NCBI RefSeq assembly: GCF_036321535.1
Contig: NC_087436.1
Location: 29,886,001 to 29,950,000, forward strand
DNA from: Camelus dromedarius
Taxonomy: Eukaryota
DNA: 64,000 bases
Direction of reading: 5' to 3'
Below are positions 11,735 to 24,614 of this stretch, piece after piece; the stretch's first letter is position 1; every line of letters starts with the position of its first letter. A program made the position numbers and the translations under genes. Below the pieces are notes generated by a model. It searched no databases, was not told the origin of the DNA, and saw only the letters and a list, made by a program, of their open reading frames with translations.

Positions 11735-14700
11735 GCACCAAGGAATTTTCTAATCAGGTGAGATATTATTCACAAATCAAGATGAAAATGTGAAAACACA
11801 TTTGCAAGATTTTAGAGCCGGTACCTACAGTGCATGTATCCCATATGTATTGTCACTGATGGAGTCTGCAGTAGAGAATGAATTTAAGTAATGCACAGGC
11901 CAATATTTCAGTCTCATCTTTCTACTTATAACCTTCTGTTTTCTAGTAACTTTTTTTTTAATATTCCTATTCCCTTTAGGAAAATTGTGGACAACCGAAA
12001 TTGTCATCCATCCAACTAAATTGCATAGTTGCTAATATCTTAAGAACTCGTTGTTAGAGAGAGGACTGATATTTGGAAATGTGTAAAGAAATAGATAAGT
12101 TAGTTTGAGTTAACACTGCTTTTTAGAAGTTAGAGATTTCTGAATGGTCAATGCAAATGGTATGACATTTAAATAGTTAGGTGTGGATCCCTGGAGAACG
12201 AAACATACAAAAAACAATGAATTCAAGACATTTCCAGTGAAAATTCTTTACTAATAGAAAGGCAATTAAGCTATTCAAATATTTTTGAGGAGCATAAAAA
12301 ACTATATAGCATATGACATTTTATAAGCTACACCCTGCCATGGAATACTCTCAGACTTTGTCTTGTAAAGTTCATGAAATGGTTTACGTTATCACTTCTC
12401 TGCACTTATGACCTCATAAACCAGTATTTAAAAAATATTCTTTAGTTAATGATTTCATACAGTCTGGGAGGAAAGAAAACAATTTATTGAACAAAACATT
12501 TTGTTCATTTACTCCTTCATATTGTACATGCAGATATATTTCATTATAACAACCATTTAGATTCATTTAAATTCTAAGTCTTTTTTATATTTGAATTAAC
12601 ATTTATTGGTTACTTCTTTAACTGTATTAATATCCATTTATACATCTGTATCTGTGTCTACCTATTTATCTATCTATAGGAGTAATAACCAATATAGAAC
12701 TCGAGATTATATTTGTAATGAGGGTATTAACTAAGCATTGTCATTATTTCATTTTGTATTTTTAAGGGAGGAGATAAAATAGTTTTTGAATTACAAGAAG
12801 TGATTATTGACAGGTAATTACTTATATTGTAGACATATTTGTTATTATTATTTTAGCATGTACTTTGTATTGTAAAATCAAATGATATTTATAATAAATG
12901 TCATCAAAATATGTAACTTTGAATTTATAGAAAATATGAAAACATTATATTTAGGAAATTTCATATTTATATAACCTTTGGAAATATGACACGTTAAACT
13001 CAGAATGCAAATGTATAGGTTCTGAGAATAAAAATAATACTAAATTTATCATGCCAATAAACTTCTCAGATTTGATTTTAAACTCACTGTGATGGCTGAA
13101 CAGCAGGGTAACAATTATAGCTCCTATGCAATGTATAAGGTATGCTAGATTTAAGAATAAAAATGCCTCGGAAGAAATATTTTAAAAAACAATAATTTCA
13201 AAACAAACTTAATTTTACAAAGTAACTGTTACAGTCCTTATGGTATCAGTAAGAATACACACACACACAGTCACATAACCAGCTTCACCTTTTTTGCCAT
13301 ATATTCAATTTAAGAAAATGTTAATATTTATGTTACATTTTGTTTAGGTGAATTCAATATTGTCAACTCAGTGTGGAGGATGATTATAACATTAAATAGA
13401 TTACCATGAACACTTGCCTAAAGTCCAAACTTCACACCAAGCTTCTTTGTCAATTATCTATGTATCTATCTATGTATTTATCTATCTATCTATCATGTAT
13501 TCACTTATATTTAATTATAAGGGTTCTCAATAACATTTTCTTCGTTTTTTCTAAGTAAAACACATTCCTCAATATATTTTACTCTCTCAATAACTAACTT
13601 TTTGAATATACCATACAAATTCTCAAAGGTAAAAAACAATCTTATTTCATTTCTTGTAGAGTTGAGTTAAAGTAAAAAATTAAAAGGAGAATTTATTATC
13701 CTGATTCATGTCCTCAAAGAAACATGGCTGGGAATTAATGTCATTGAGATCAGTCATTTCACCTGCCTGTCACTTCATCAGAACAAGTATGGATAGCATC
13801 AAAAAAATCTGGGCACTGTTGCCCAGGGTATAACTTCCAGGCTAATAAGTGATTCATGAACAACTATCTCACTTATAAATTTTGGCTAAGTCCTACAGAA
13901 AATTATGGGGCTTAATTAAACACAGGAAGTTAGAACTGAGGTTATATTCTGCCTAATGATCCAGAGCATTTTAAACTTAGACCAGTGATTCACCAATTTT
14001 AATTCTTAAAGTTTCCATAACCAAACACTCTATTAAAGTATTCAAATTTCAAAACTCTAAACATAAGTATACCAGATTTTTTTTATATTTAAGGCTTGAA
14101 AATAATGGATACATAAATCTTTATTTTCATTAGAATAAAGTGTTCTGATATTATATGTGTGTGTATGTGTGTATATTTTAAATCACTATCACATTTAAGC
14201 CAATGTGATATGTTAGGAGAAGGAGCAGTTCAGATTAATCTGAACAAAACAGAACTTTTAGAACATATATTGATTTTCTACCTTCCAAAATACTTCCATA
14301 AATCATGATCATTGTGTGCCATTCCTATGTGCCCTTGATTCTGCAAACTATAATCTAATCTTTTACCTCAAGCCTTGAGAAAAGAACATTTTTCTTAGCA
14401 TTTCTTCCTACTTATGCCTTTTACTTACTTACTCTGTCTTCCTTTTTTTATTTACCTACAATATTGCTAGCTGTACACATGGTGCTGACATCTCAAGGCC
14501 AACAAAATGAACTAATGAATAATAATACTTTTGTTCCCAGTGGGATTCTTACCAATGAATTTAATAAACTAAGAAAAAATAAATTCTCAAGCACATCAAG
14601 TGTTTGCAGTCTTCTAAATGTGATTTCTGTAATGCTTGAGAACAAAAGTCCTTATGACTACAAACACTTTAAATTGATGACCTAAACTTTATATAGACCA

Positions 14701-16461
14701 TCTTTATCCAGTATTTTCTATTCTCTATATACACAAGAACATCCTATATGATCCGACATTTGTATTCAGGATAAAACAAACTGGTAAATGTTTTGTAATT
14801 TTCATTTCATGTGAAATGAAGAGCATTATTCTGGTAATATTCAGGGAATGATTAGTCCTGTCTCATTTATATTTATTACTCTTTTCTATTTTGATAATTT
14901 TTCACATATTCTGATTATTCATTACCACTGCTCACACAATTGATTGGCTATAATGAATACTGTAAGCTCTACTCAACTGAAATAGCTCTTCTTCATAGGA
15001 TTCATTGGAAAATAATAAAGCTGTGACAGGTAAATATATTGGATAGGGTAGTGCAAGAAAATGGATTGGAACAGGACAATTGAAGAAAAAGAAAAATTAT
15101 AAAAGACTTTATTAGAAAAGGTAAATGTACAAAAATAGCACACGTTTGCAAGAAAGAGATTCTATGAATCAATTGTACCTTTGTACAGTGTTTCTTAATA
15201 CCTTCTCTCTTGAAACACGTTCTAAAGGATCTCCAAAATCAAAGAATCTTTAATGGAATGCACCTTCGCTGAAAGGTAGCAACTTGACACACTTCTTTCA
15301 GGAGAGTTTGAATTCTATAACGGAAATATCATGACATTAACCAAAGGTGTTCACTAACTGATCTGAATTAAATAGATACTAACCAAAGGAAAGGTACCCT
15401 TAGGAATTTGAGCGTAGAATAATAATGGCCTAATTTATTCAGAGTATAAAGTGAAACTTAAGTTCAGCAAAGCAATTATAATTTCTATCTTCCAGAAATG
15501 TTTTATTTTAAACAGTGCATCTGGTTATTTTTCTTTCATAATAATTTCTTGCTATCCACAATAAACAATATCTACTTACCTATCTATCTAGCCATCTCTG
15601 TATATTTTCATTCATGAATGCAAAACATGCTGTTACTTGAGGTTAAAAAATAAATCTATATTGCTGTTGACTTCAAAGACTCTAAAACAACAAACTAACC
15701 TTAGTAAACTCCTTTTTAAATGAAATATATGCAAAAATAGTATTTTTAAAATAGTGAATACAGGACAAGGTTAAGATTTATTATTAAATGTAAAAATAGC
15801 AAAAAGGAAGAATCTAGTTACTTACCTCTGACTGGTTTACAACTTTGGGATAATTTTCAATAGGACTAAAAATTCCTACAGAATCTTTTATCAGAATTCG
15901 TAAAAACAACTGCCTTTATTTTATTCCTACTTTTAATTGCTACTTCCTGAATAATATGAAACAAACAATTCATGTACATGATTCAATTTCTGAGAATAGT
16001 AATACAATTCTAAAAATGTGCTTTTTAAATAATATGCAATGCAATGATCTTTATAATTGTCAGAAATGCTTTATTTATTATTTTCCTCTATCTAGTGAAG
16101 TTACGTTTGCCTTCACTAGATTTTTAGAAATAATGAACAGCATAAAATTAACAAGTATTCTTAAATGCTTACAATCGAAAAGGATAATGTTGTATAGATT
16201 AACTCAAAGTTTTTGAATGTTCAATAATTATTTATTAAAATAGATTTTCAATGAAGTGAATTTTGAAGGTTATCAGCTTTAACAAAAGCTTGATTTTATT
16301 TTGTTCGCTAATTTAAGTAAACTACTCGTTATAAATACAATTTCAGGTTAGGAATGGAAGTAATTTTGATGATGCTTTCTGCCTTAGTATTGACTCACTT
16401 GTCAAATTGAAGACTTGCTTGTATGTTTAACTTATGTTGCATCATCAATTTAACTATATTT

Positions 16462-17097
16462 CGTCAAAGATAAATATAGCTAGACATTAGTTAAAGCGGT
16501 AAGAGCAGATTTTATTCTGTAACTAATGACAGTAGGGGAAAGAGTTGAGCTCCACTTCAATTTTTGCAGAGGTGACTAGTGCTTTAAAGGAGAAAAGGGA
16601 GTAGGGAGGAGGCAACAGGAAGCTCAGTATGGTCAGTCAGTGTTGATCAGTATAAATGCACTTAGGCCACCTTTGTCTGTTTCTGGCAGTTATTGAAGTT
16701 AGAAGTTTATCCTGCCAGAGAGTCTGGGAGACAGAGGCCCTATCCTTCCTGATAGATATTTCAAAGAAATAATTTTCAGTTCCTTGAGAAAGACAATCCT
16801 GTGCTGTAGGAGATGCATACATGCATTTCTCAAAGAAACAGTGGTAGAATATAAAATTGTATGCTCTTTTTTTTTTTTTAATACATAAATGCTCTAGGAA
16901 AGGGGTATGTTGGCAAGAACAAATGGCAAATTATTTTGGCAGCCAGGTGCTTTCTCTAGCAGGCATTTTAAAGGAGGTTGGGTTCCTCCTAATGACAGGA
17001 TCTTAAGCTTTTAGAAGACATGCTAGAGTTTGGTCAAGTCTCTTAATGCAGAAGTTTGGACAGAGTCCCATGTGCCGAGTGTTCCTTGCATTTCTCA
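16462..17097 (-). mobile_element. MER67-like ERV1 solo LTR
   Basis: Minus strand starts TGAGAAATGCAAGGAACACTCGGCACA...GTCCAAACTTCTGCATTAAGAGACTTGACCAAACTCTAGCATG, like the MER67 5' end. AATAAA near 16511-16516. Confidence 0.75.
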
Positions 17098-17293
17098 AGT
17101 TAAAGGAAGCTACACTGGTGAACTATAAAGAATTGAGACTGATGCAACGCCAACCCATGCCTCTGCTTGGAAGGGGCTAGGGAAGAGAAAAGCAAATAGA
17201 ATTAAACAAATGTATGAATCTGTTCAGCATAGCAGAAAATCAGAACAAGGGGATGTGTGAATATTAATATAATTATTGACAATGTTAAATAAT

Positions 17294-17656
17294 TGCTATA
17301 GATTGCATGTTTCCCCCAACATTCATATGTTGAAACCAATCCCAATGTGATGTTATTTGGAGGTGGTACCTTGGGGAGGAGATTAAGTCATAAGCATGGA
17401 GCACTTATGAATGGGATTAATGTCCTTATAAAAGAGACCTCAAAGAACTTCCTCACCCCTTCTGCCATATGAGGACATAGAAAGAAAATGGTTGTATATA
17501 AATCAGGAAGTGGGTTCTCACAAGACAGTGAATTGGCCACCGCCTTGATCTTTGACTTCTCAGTCTCCAAAAGTATGAGAAATAAATTTCTGTTCATTAT
17601 AAGCCACCCACCCAGGCTGTGGCATTTTGTGATTGCAACTCAATGGGACTAAGACA
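17294..17656 (+). mobile_element. MLT1A-type MaLR solo LTR
   Basis: TGCTATAG...ttcatatgttgaaa...aatgggattaatgtccttataaaagagac...aataaatttctgtt...GACTAAGACA. Confidence 0.9.
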
Positions 17657-17944
17657 AACATTAATCTCTCAAATTAGAATATCTTAAGAATTAGTTTCAT
17701 ATGAAGTTGTGAAAATTAGTTACAAATTCAACACACTTCACTTTTGATTAATAGCATAGGTAATAAAATGGGAGTAAAATATATTAAAGTATTATCAGTC
17801 AGCACTTTGTAGGCCATGACTTCCCATCAGTAATGCTAGATTCAGTACGTTAATTACAGTACCCTGCTTTTATACTAGGAAAATTCAATTGTGTTACTCA
17901 ACCCAAAAATACTTCCTCTTGTTGTCCATTTTTCTGACTGGAGA

Positions 17945-18727
17945 GTTTTTACTTGGATTTATTGAAATGAAATGTATGCATTTGATGAGTTTTGACAAAT
18001 GCATATTCCCACGTAACCAGCATTAAAATTATTTCTATCATGTGCAAAAGTTTCTCTATCACCTTTTGCTGTCGATCCCCAGACTGAGACAACCACTGAT
18101 GTTATATCTGTCACTATAAATTAGCTTTTCCTTTTTTGGGTTTTCATAGAAGTGGAATATCACATACACTTGTGTGTCCATATCCTTTTGAGCATCACAC
18201 TATTTTTGAGATAAATGTGTATGTTTGCCTGTAGCAGTAATTTATTATTTATTATTGCAGAGTGTAATCTAATCCTGGATGTACCACAATTTGTTTATCC
18301 ATTTACCTGTGAATGTAATTTTGAGTTATTTTTGGCTTGAGGTGATTATGAGTCGAGTTTTTGTGAATACTCAAGTATTAAATTTTGATGTGAATTTCTT
18401 TTTACTTTTTTAAAAACTTTAGCACTTTAAAGATATTGTTTCATTATTTTATGGCTTGCATATGTTTGCTGAAAAAATTACATTCAGTAGTAATTTTTAT
18501 AATTGTTTTCTCTTTTTATATGTCTTTTTGTTTCTCTTATCTGCCTTTAAGATTTTTCTCTTTATTACTGATTTTCAGCAATGTGATTAAAATAGTTCTT
18601 GGTGTGTTATCTTTGTTCTTATCCTGCTATAGTTCTTTATATCCTTCACGATCCATGACTACACATCTGATAGACTGGTCCCTATTTTACCACTTGTTGT
18701 GGAATCAGAATCTCTTTTTCCCTAGTG

Positions 18728-18767
<40 letters not shown>

Positions 18768-19600
18768 TTTCCATTTGGATAGTTTCTATTGCTTTGTCAT
18801 CAAGTTGACTTATCCTTATTTCTGTGGTAACTAATTGTTAATTCCAACCAGAATTTTTTAAAATTCCAAATATCACACTTTTTATTTCTTTTCAACAAGA
18901 AGTTCCATGTGGTTTTCAATTTTGATGTAAGACATTGAGTATTTAGTATTGTTGAAGCTTGAGTTTTACTGTCTTCCTTTAAAGAGTTTTGAAACATGAA
19001 CTTTAAAAATTTGAGGTTCGTTTTTAAGCTTTATTAAGACTGATCTAGAGTAGCGTTTAGTCCAAGAATACTTTAGTCCTGCTACTGAATTTTGAACCTA
19101 CTCAGATCTGTAATGAATATTCCAGATATTCCAGGAAGACTGTTACTGTGCCTGAGTGGAACTCAAATTATTGTCCAATTCTTTGTGGGTTCTGTTGATT
19201 TTTCAGTTTGTAACACCCTTGTAAATCGTTTGTACTGTGTATGCAAACCTCATCACTCAGCAAATGTATACAGGGGACCCCCCTTTGCAGATTTCTGCAG
19301 ACATTTTTCTGTGTAGATCCCTTCTCTTTGCTACTCTGCCTGCAAATTCTAGCCATTGTGTCCTCTTGGATCTTAAATATCTATCTCCTTAACTCAGTAA
19401 GCTCTAGTGTTCTGATCTGTACACCTCAGCATAGAAAGTACCTCTAAGCAGAAGCTAAAGAAATCTCCTGCCTCTCTTATTTTTATCCCTTTTCTCAGGG
19501 ATTATAGTCCTGTGCTCTTGTCAATGTCTAAAAACCACTGCGTCTCATTCAGTTTATATTTGTTTATGATGAGAAGACAAGTTTGATTCCAGTTACTCTT
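17945..19600 (-). mobile_element. Ancient L1 fragments (3' UTR, then ORF1/5' pieces)
   Basis: 'tgatgagttttgacaaatgcatatt', 'gtaccacaatttgtttatccatttacctgt', 'tttaagatttttctctttattactgattttcagca'. Contains (TG)n at 18732-18766. Confidence 0.7.
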
Positions 19601-19620
19601 CATTCTTACTTGGAACTGTG

Positions 19621-19621
<1 letters not shown>

Positions 19622-19669
<48 letters not shown>

Positions 19670-19800
19670 TGTGTGTATATAAAATATATATATTATATAT
19701 TATATATATATTTAAAGATGATATATAGATATAGATACAGATATAGATATAGATAAATAGATACAGGTGTATATATAGATATTGATAGCTGTATCTATAT
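19622..19800. repeat. Compound microsatellite (TG)n-(TA)n-(GATATA)n
   Basis: Direct reading. Confidence 0.9.
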
Positions 19801-22800
19801 ATCAGCTTTATTTTTGAGATAAAGAAAATTGATCATTAATACATTTAAATCTGTTTTATCTTTAGAAAACTGTTCCATTCTTACTTAACTTTTATCATAC
19901 ATATATAATATCTTATCTGAAACACATACATGTATACACATATATATTTTATCTAAAAATACAAAAATTAAAATCTCCTATCACATGTATCACAAAATTG
20001 ATGGCAACACTTTCTAAAAAGTTTAATGATTTTTTTTTCAATCATGTGAGTTTTCTTTTGAATGTAATACAATCAAGAACTGTTATGGACAATAACTAAG
20101 AATGATATTTGTTATGTGTGACAACATATTCTTTTTACACAGACTATATATATAATCTCCCTTTTAGTAAATGTCTGATATTTTAAAAGGCTGTTATAGT
20201 TGAAATATTTTGAGCAATAGATCACCAGTGCCTTTCATCAGGAATAAAAGCTTTGTCTCATAGAAAACATATCAGTTTGAGAAATGCATTACTGTTGGTT
20301 CAGTGATCTCATTTGTTCTGCTCATCTGCATGGAGATGTGCTTATGATACTTTTCTGGACACAGTTTTTGTAATGACTCCATTTTATCGTATTATGGAAC
20401 ACCTGTTTTTGTATTTGTTATCACATACCCTCCATACATCTCTAGCAGAGGGAAGATGAGCAGAAGCAAACATAGATAAATAGCTAGTAGGTATAATGCA
20501 CTTCATAACGTAAAATCTTGCTCTGTTTAACCCCATCCTGTTGCTATGATTCACTATAATACTTCTAAAACTCTGCTTTTTGCTGCTTTTTTTTTTCCTG
20601 CAGCTGCATAAGCAGGTGTAGGTTTGAATCAGTATAAGGGATGTAAGAGAGTTTATCTTGCAAATAACACTATCGTTTACCCCACCCCAACCCTGTAATT
20701 GACCTGATTGATCATAATGAAGATTCTCTCTCTGAATTCACTAGAAAATGCTGGGTAAATAAATAGCAAAGGGTACTTTATTGACACAGTTGTCCCTAAT
20801 AGCAGTCTATCTTTTAAAAATACATATTATTTTCCTAACAGAACCAACTGAGGTTTTCATTCTATAAGTGCATCTTTCCCCTTGCTTTGAAATGAGAAAT
20901 ACCGTATCATTTTGTTTTCTGCTTCACATTTGCCTCAGTCCTTAAAGGTTTCAAGCAAAGAAGAAGAAATCATCCAGACATGTAATATTCACAACCATGG
21001 CAGTTTAAGTAAGATTAGGACTAGTCCTTTTAATTCAAATTTCTGATTTTTTTCAAAGCCAGGTGTACAAAGGGCAAGAAAATCAATACACCTGTTTGAA
21101 TAAATTAGGTGGCTTGACTTCTGGAAACTTTTTTGAAGGTTCAGATGCAGGAAATTATGCCTTAATGTCCAGCTATCCTTTCTACCTAAGAAGATAACTA
21201 TATTCAAAAGAAAGGTTTATTTGACTATATCTCTTATAACAAGAAACGGAAACAAATAAAAAGGAAGTGGTTCTGACTAACATGAAACAAAAGGGAAGGA
21301 AGCTTTGTGATACGTTTATGTAAAAGTTCACAAGGTAAGGTAAAATAATCTCAAATAACTGACAGACTTTCCCAGGTGATAAGATAGTGTGTAAGTCCAG
21401 AAGAGAAAGCCATATATTTAGTATAGATCAGATTTAAAGAGACAAGTGCTAATAAAATCAGATCATCTGTGTAGATGGCATTTTGAGCTGATTAAAACCA
21501 TCTCATGTCAGAACTTAATATCAGTTTATATAATTCAAAATATAGCCAGATCCAAGGCTTCCTTTCAAGGTCCTAATACACAAGTACATGCACTTGATAT
21601 CTAATTTGTCTTAGATATTCTATGAGTCTAATGCTTCAGTTTGCTTATATTTGAAGCACAGAGTTATAGAGCAAAATTCAAAATGTTTTAAACATTTCAT
21701 TGAGGCCATTACTCTCTAGTGAGCAAGACTGAAAATTTTAATGACTCTTAAAATCAGTTTATCTCTCTTACAAAACTCCATTTGGCACACTTAAACCTGA
21801 GGAAGATCTTAGATTTTCTTTTAGAGGTGAGATAGAGTAAATGATATATCTGTTTTATATAGTGATATTTAAGGTGTCTAGCATTTCATGTTTTCTTGTG
21901 CCAAAATAAAAGAAAAATAAACTGATCCAGGATACTAGTATAATAGTGAAATAATCCTGCACTTTACCCACTCAGCTTCAAATCAGATACTATTCCATTT
22001 TGACATGCCATCATGCCTAAGACAATTGCAGCAAATAATGTCTTCCATGAATAAGGTTTGTTAAAGAGTTTCCAATATTAGGTTTTCCTGTATTTCAAGC
22101 TCATGTAAATAAGCAATTTGGATTTTAAAAATATTCTTGCTGGTCAATCCAGATGTTCTTTTTTCTTCATCTCCTCTTTCCTTTCTCTTCTATTTCACTT
22201 ATAGTCTCTAACTGAGATTATTTGATGCCCTCTGCACTGGTAAATAATAATAATAATAAAAAAATCAAGATGCATTTAGCCAAAGTACAGTGTTTAACTA
22301 AGCCACATGCTCTGAGTCATTTAATAAAAAGAGAGATAGAATATGTTTGAGTTAATTCCAATGAAAATTTATTTTGATGCAGTATCAGGCAAAATCCTTC
22401 TAAATGTTAACTCTATGTAAAAACTATGTGACATTGGTTAAATAGGCAGAATTCTTTCATAATTCTTGTAAAATATTTGGCATCAAACTTAAGTAAGATA
22501 CATGAACAATAAAAGATGAAGACATTTTATAATAATTCTGGTTGTAAGTTTTAAACATTATAGTAAAAAGCATTCTTATAATAAGAATTTTGTTAGTATA
22601 TTGGGATAAGGATCATGTGTATATTACAGAGAAGTTCATTACACAAAAGAAATATGGAAGGAAAAAAGAGCAAGAGGGAGAGCTAGAAAGAAGGAAAAAA
22701 AAGGAAGGAAGGAAGGAAGGAAAGGAAGAATCTGTTATAAACATCTATTTTCATTGGTGACTAAGTCTGAGAGCTGTTGTTTTTGTCTAGTAGAAAAAGA

Positions 22801-23039
22801 ACAAAAACAGAATTAATTGTTAAAATTTCAGTGATCTACATAACAGTTTTTAAGCATAAGATTTAACTGAAATTAAACTATAAAAATTTAATAAGTAAGT
22901 TAGATAAAACAACAGTAACAATTATTCAAGACATACACTGTTTTGCTATAATTTAGTATCATCTATCCTTGTGAGATTATTTGTATATATTTTATTTGTA
23001 CAGTGGAAATACTCTAGATTGATGTGCTACTGTATGTCT

Positions 23040-23530
23040 ATTTCTAACTCCCACATGCATTGATAACACCTTAATAGCTTGAAATAGGCCATGCTGGAGT
23101 AACTACACTGTGGAAATCAGAAAATGCTGCAGATCAGGATTTGAGTTATCGTTCTGTTGATTCTTTTAGCTCTATCCATTGTTTTGTGAATAGAAAAAAA
23201 AAGTGAAAAAGGGAAGAGTGAGAGAGACAATGTTATTGTCATATTAAAAAAATGATAATTCAATTTAACAAAGAAGCACTGATATCACTGATAAGTGAGG
23301 AAAATCCAGCAAATGCCTTAATTGTTTCCGTGTTATCTCACTTATTAACCTAAGCAAAAATATCAAAATATTTCTGTGAGTATCAATTAGCTATATGAGA
23401 TTTACAATAAAGCATATTGTAAGTATATTTTATTATTATTTGGAAATTATGTGCTAAATAATCTTTGTATCAGTAAAAGTTATAATATACATATTCAAGC
23501 TTCATTTATTTATTTGTTTATTGGTGTTAA
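23040..23530. mobile_element. MER63-like hAT-Blackjack relic
   Basis: 'aatagcttgaaataggccatgctggagtaactacactgtggaaatcagaaaatgctgcagatcagg' resembles the MER63 core. Confidence 0.6.
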
Positions 23531-23715
23531 GAGGGATATGCATATTTAACATTTGTTTCAGAGAAAAATTTGTAATGAGGTCCTGTAAAGAGATATATTA
23601 ATAAAAGGAGCACTTTGACTGAGTCCACACTTCTGGCCTGATGAGTGCAGCTGGGCAAAATGTAAATTAAACAAGAAAGTGTATCTTAGAATAGTTACAT
23701 CTAAATTTAGATGCA

Positions 23716-24265
23716 TATGGCAGTCAGAATTCTAAGATGGCCTCCATGTTTCTTGTCTCCTGGTGTCCATATCTTTGTGTAATAACCATTGCTTGATTGT
23801 GGGCAGGGCCTGTAACTTTGATCTAACCAATAGGAGAATATTGTAAATTGAAGAGATTTTTCCAGTCATAAATTATGGTCCCTATTCAGTTGACGTCATG
23901 CTAATAAAAAGGAACATTATTTAGGGTGGTCTGTCCTAATTAAGTGAGACTTATAAAAGAGGGTCAGAGGCAAGAGACCTCAAGCAGTTGACTCCCTCTA
24001 TTTCTCCATTAGTGGCTTCAGGTAAGCAAATTGATATGCATTCTGTAGCCACAAGGTAATTAATTCTGCAAAGAACCTAAAGGAGATGGAAAGTGGACAC
24101 TTTCTTAAACAAACCTGAAGATGAGAATGCAGCCTGTACAGTATTCTTGATTATAGCTTGGTGAGACGGTGAGCACAGAACCTAGTTAAACTGCACCTGG
24201 AGCAATGATCTATAGAAACTGTAAAATAAAAAGATTGTGTTCTTATAAGTCTCTAGTTTATGATT
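23716..24265 (+). mobile_element. MLT1E-type MaLR LTR
   Basis: 'cagaattctaagatggcctcca...cctggtgt', 'cagttgac...taataaaaagg...ttataaaagagg', 'gatgagaatgcagcc...ctatagaaactgtaa'. Confidence 0.8.
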
Positions 24266-24334
24266 ATATATATATAAAATCATAATACTATATATATATA
24301 TATATATCCATATATTACAACACAGTACAGTTAC

Positions 24335-24610
24335 AAAAAACACATAATGTATGAGTCTGTTTGTATGAAATATTCAGAATAGGAAAATTAATAGAGACTG
24401 AAAGTAGATTAGTGTTTGCCTAGGGCTTGAGAAGTTGGGGAATAGGGAATGACTGTTAATGGACATGGAGTTTCATTCTGGGGTGACAAAAATGTTCTAA
24501 AAGTAAACTAACATGATGGTTGTATAACTATGTGGATATAATGAAAATCATTTTTGTACACTTTAAAAGAGTAAGTGAATGGTATTGAATTATAACTTAA
24601 TAAAACGTTT
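24335..24610 (+). mobile_element. L1MB/MC-type 3' end
   Basis: 'atagagactgaaagtagattagtgtttgcctagggc...ctggggtgacaaaaatgttctaaaa...aataaaac'. Confidence 0.8.
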
Positions 24611-24614
24611 TGTG

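Noticed and set aside
14228..14245. Perfect 18-bp palindrome GTTCAGATTAATCTGAAC
   Set aside because: About 0.25 or more are expected by chance in 64 kb (64000/4^9, higher with AT bias). No supporting context.
20575..20630. Strong splice-acceptor-like tract (similar ones at ~41460-41498 and ~58897-58915; minus-strand donor-like sites at ~15821 and ~55468)
   Set aside because: No paired site enclosing a plausible coding exon. Such motifs are common in T-rich DNA.
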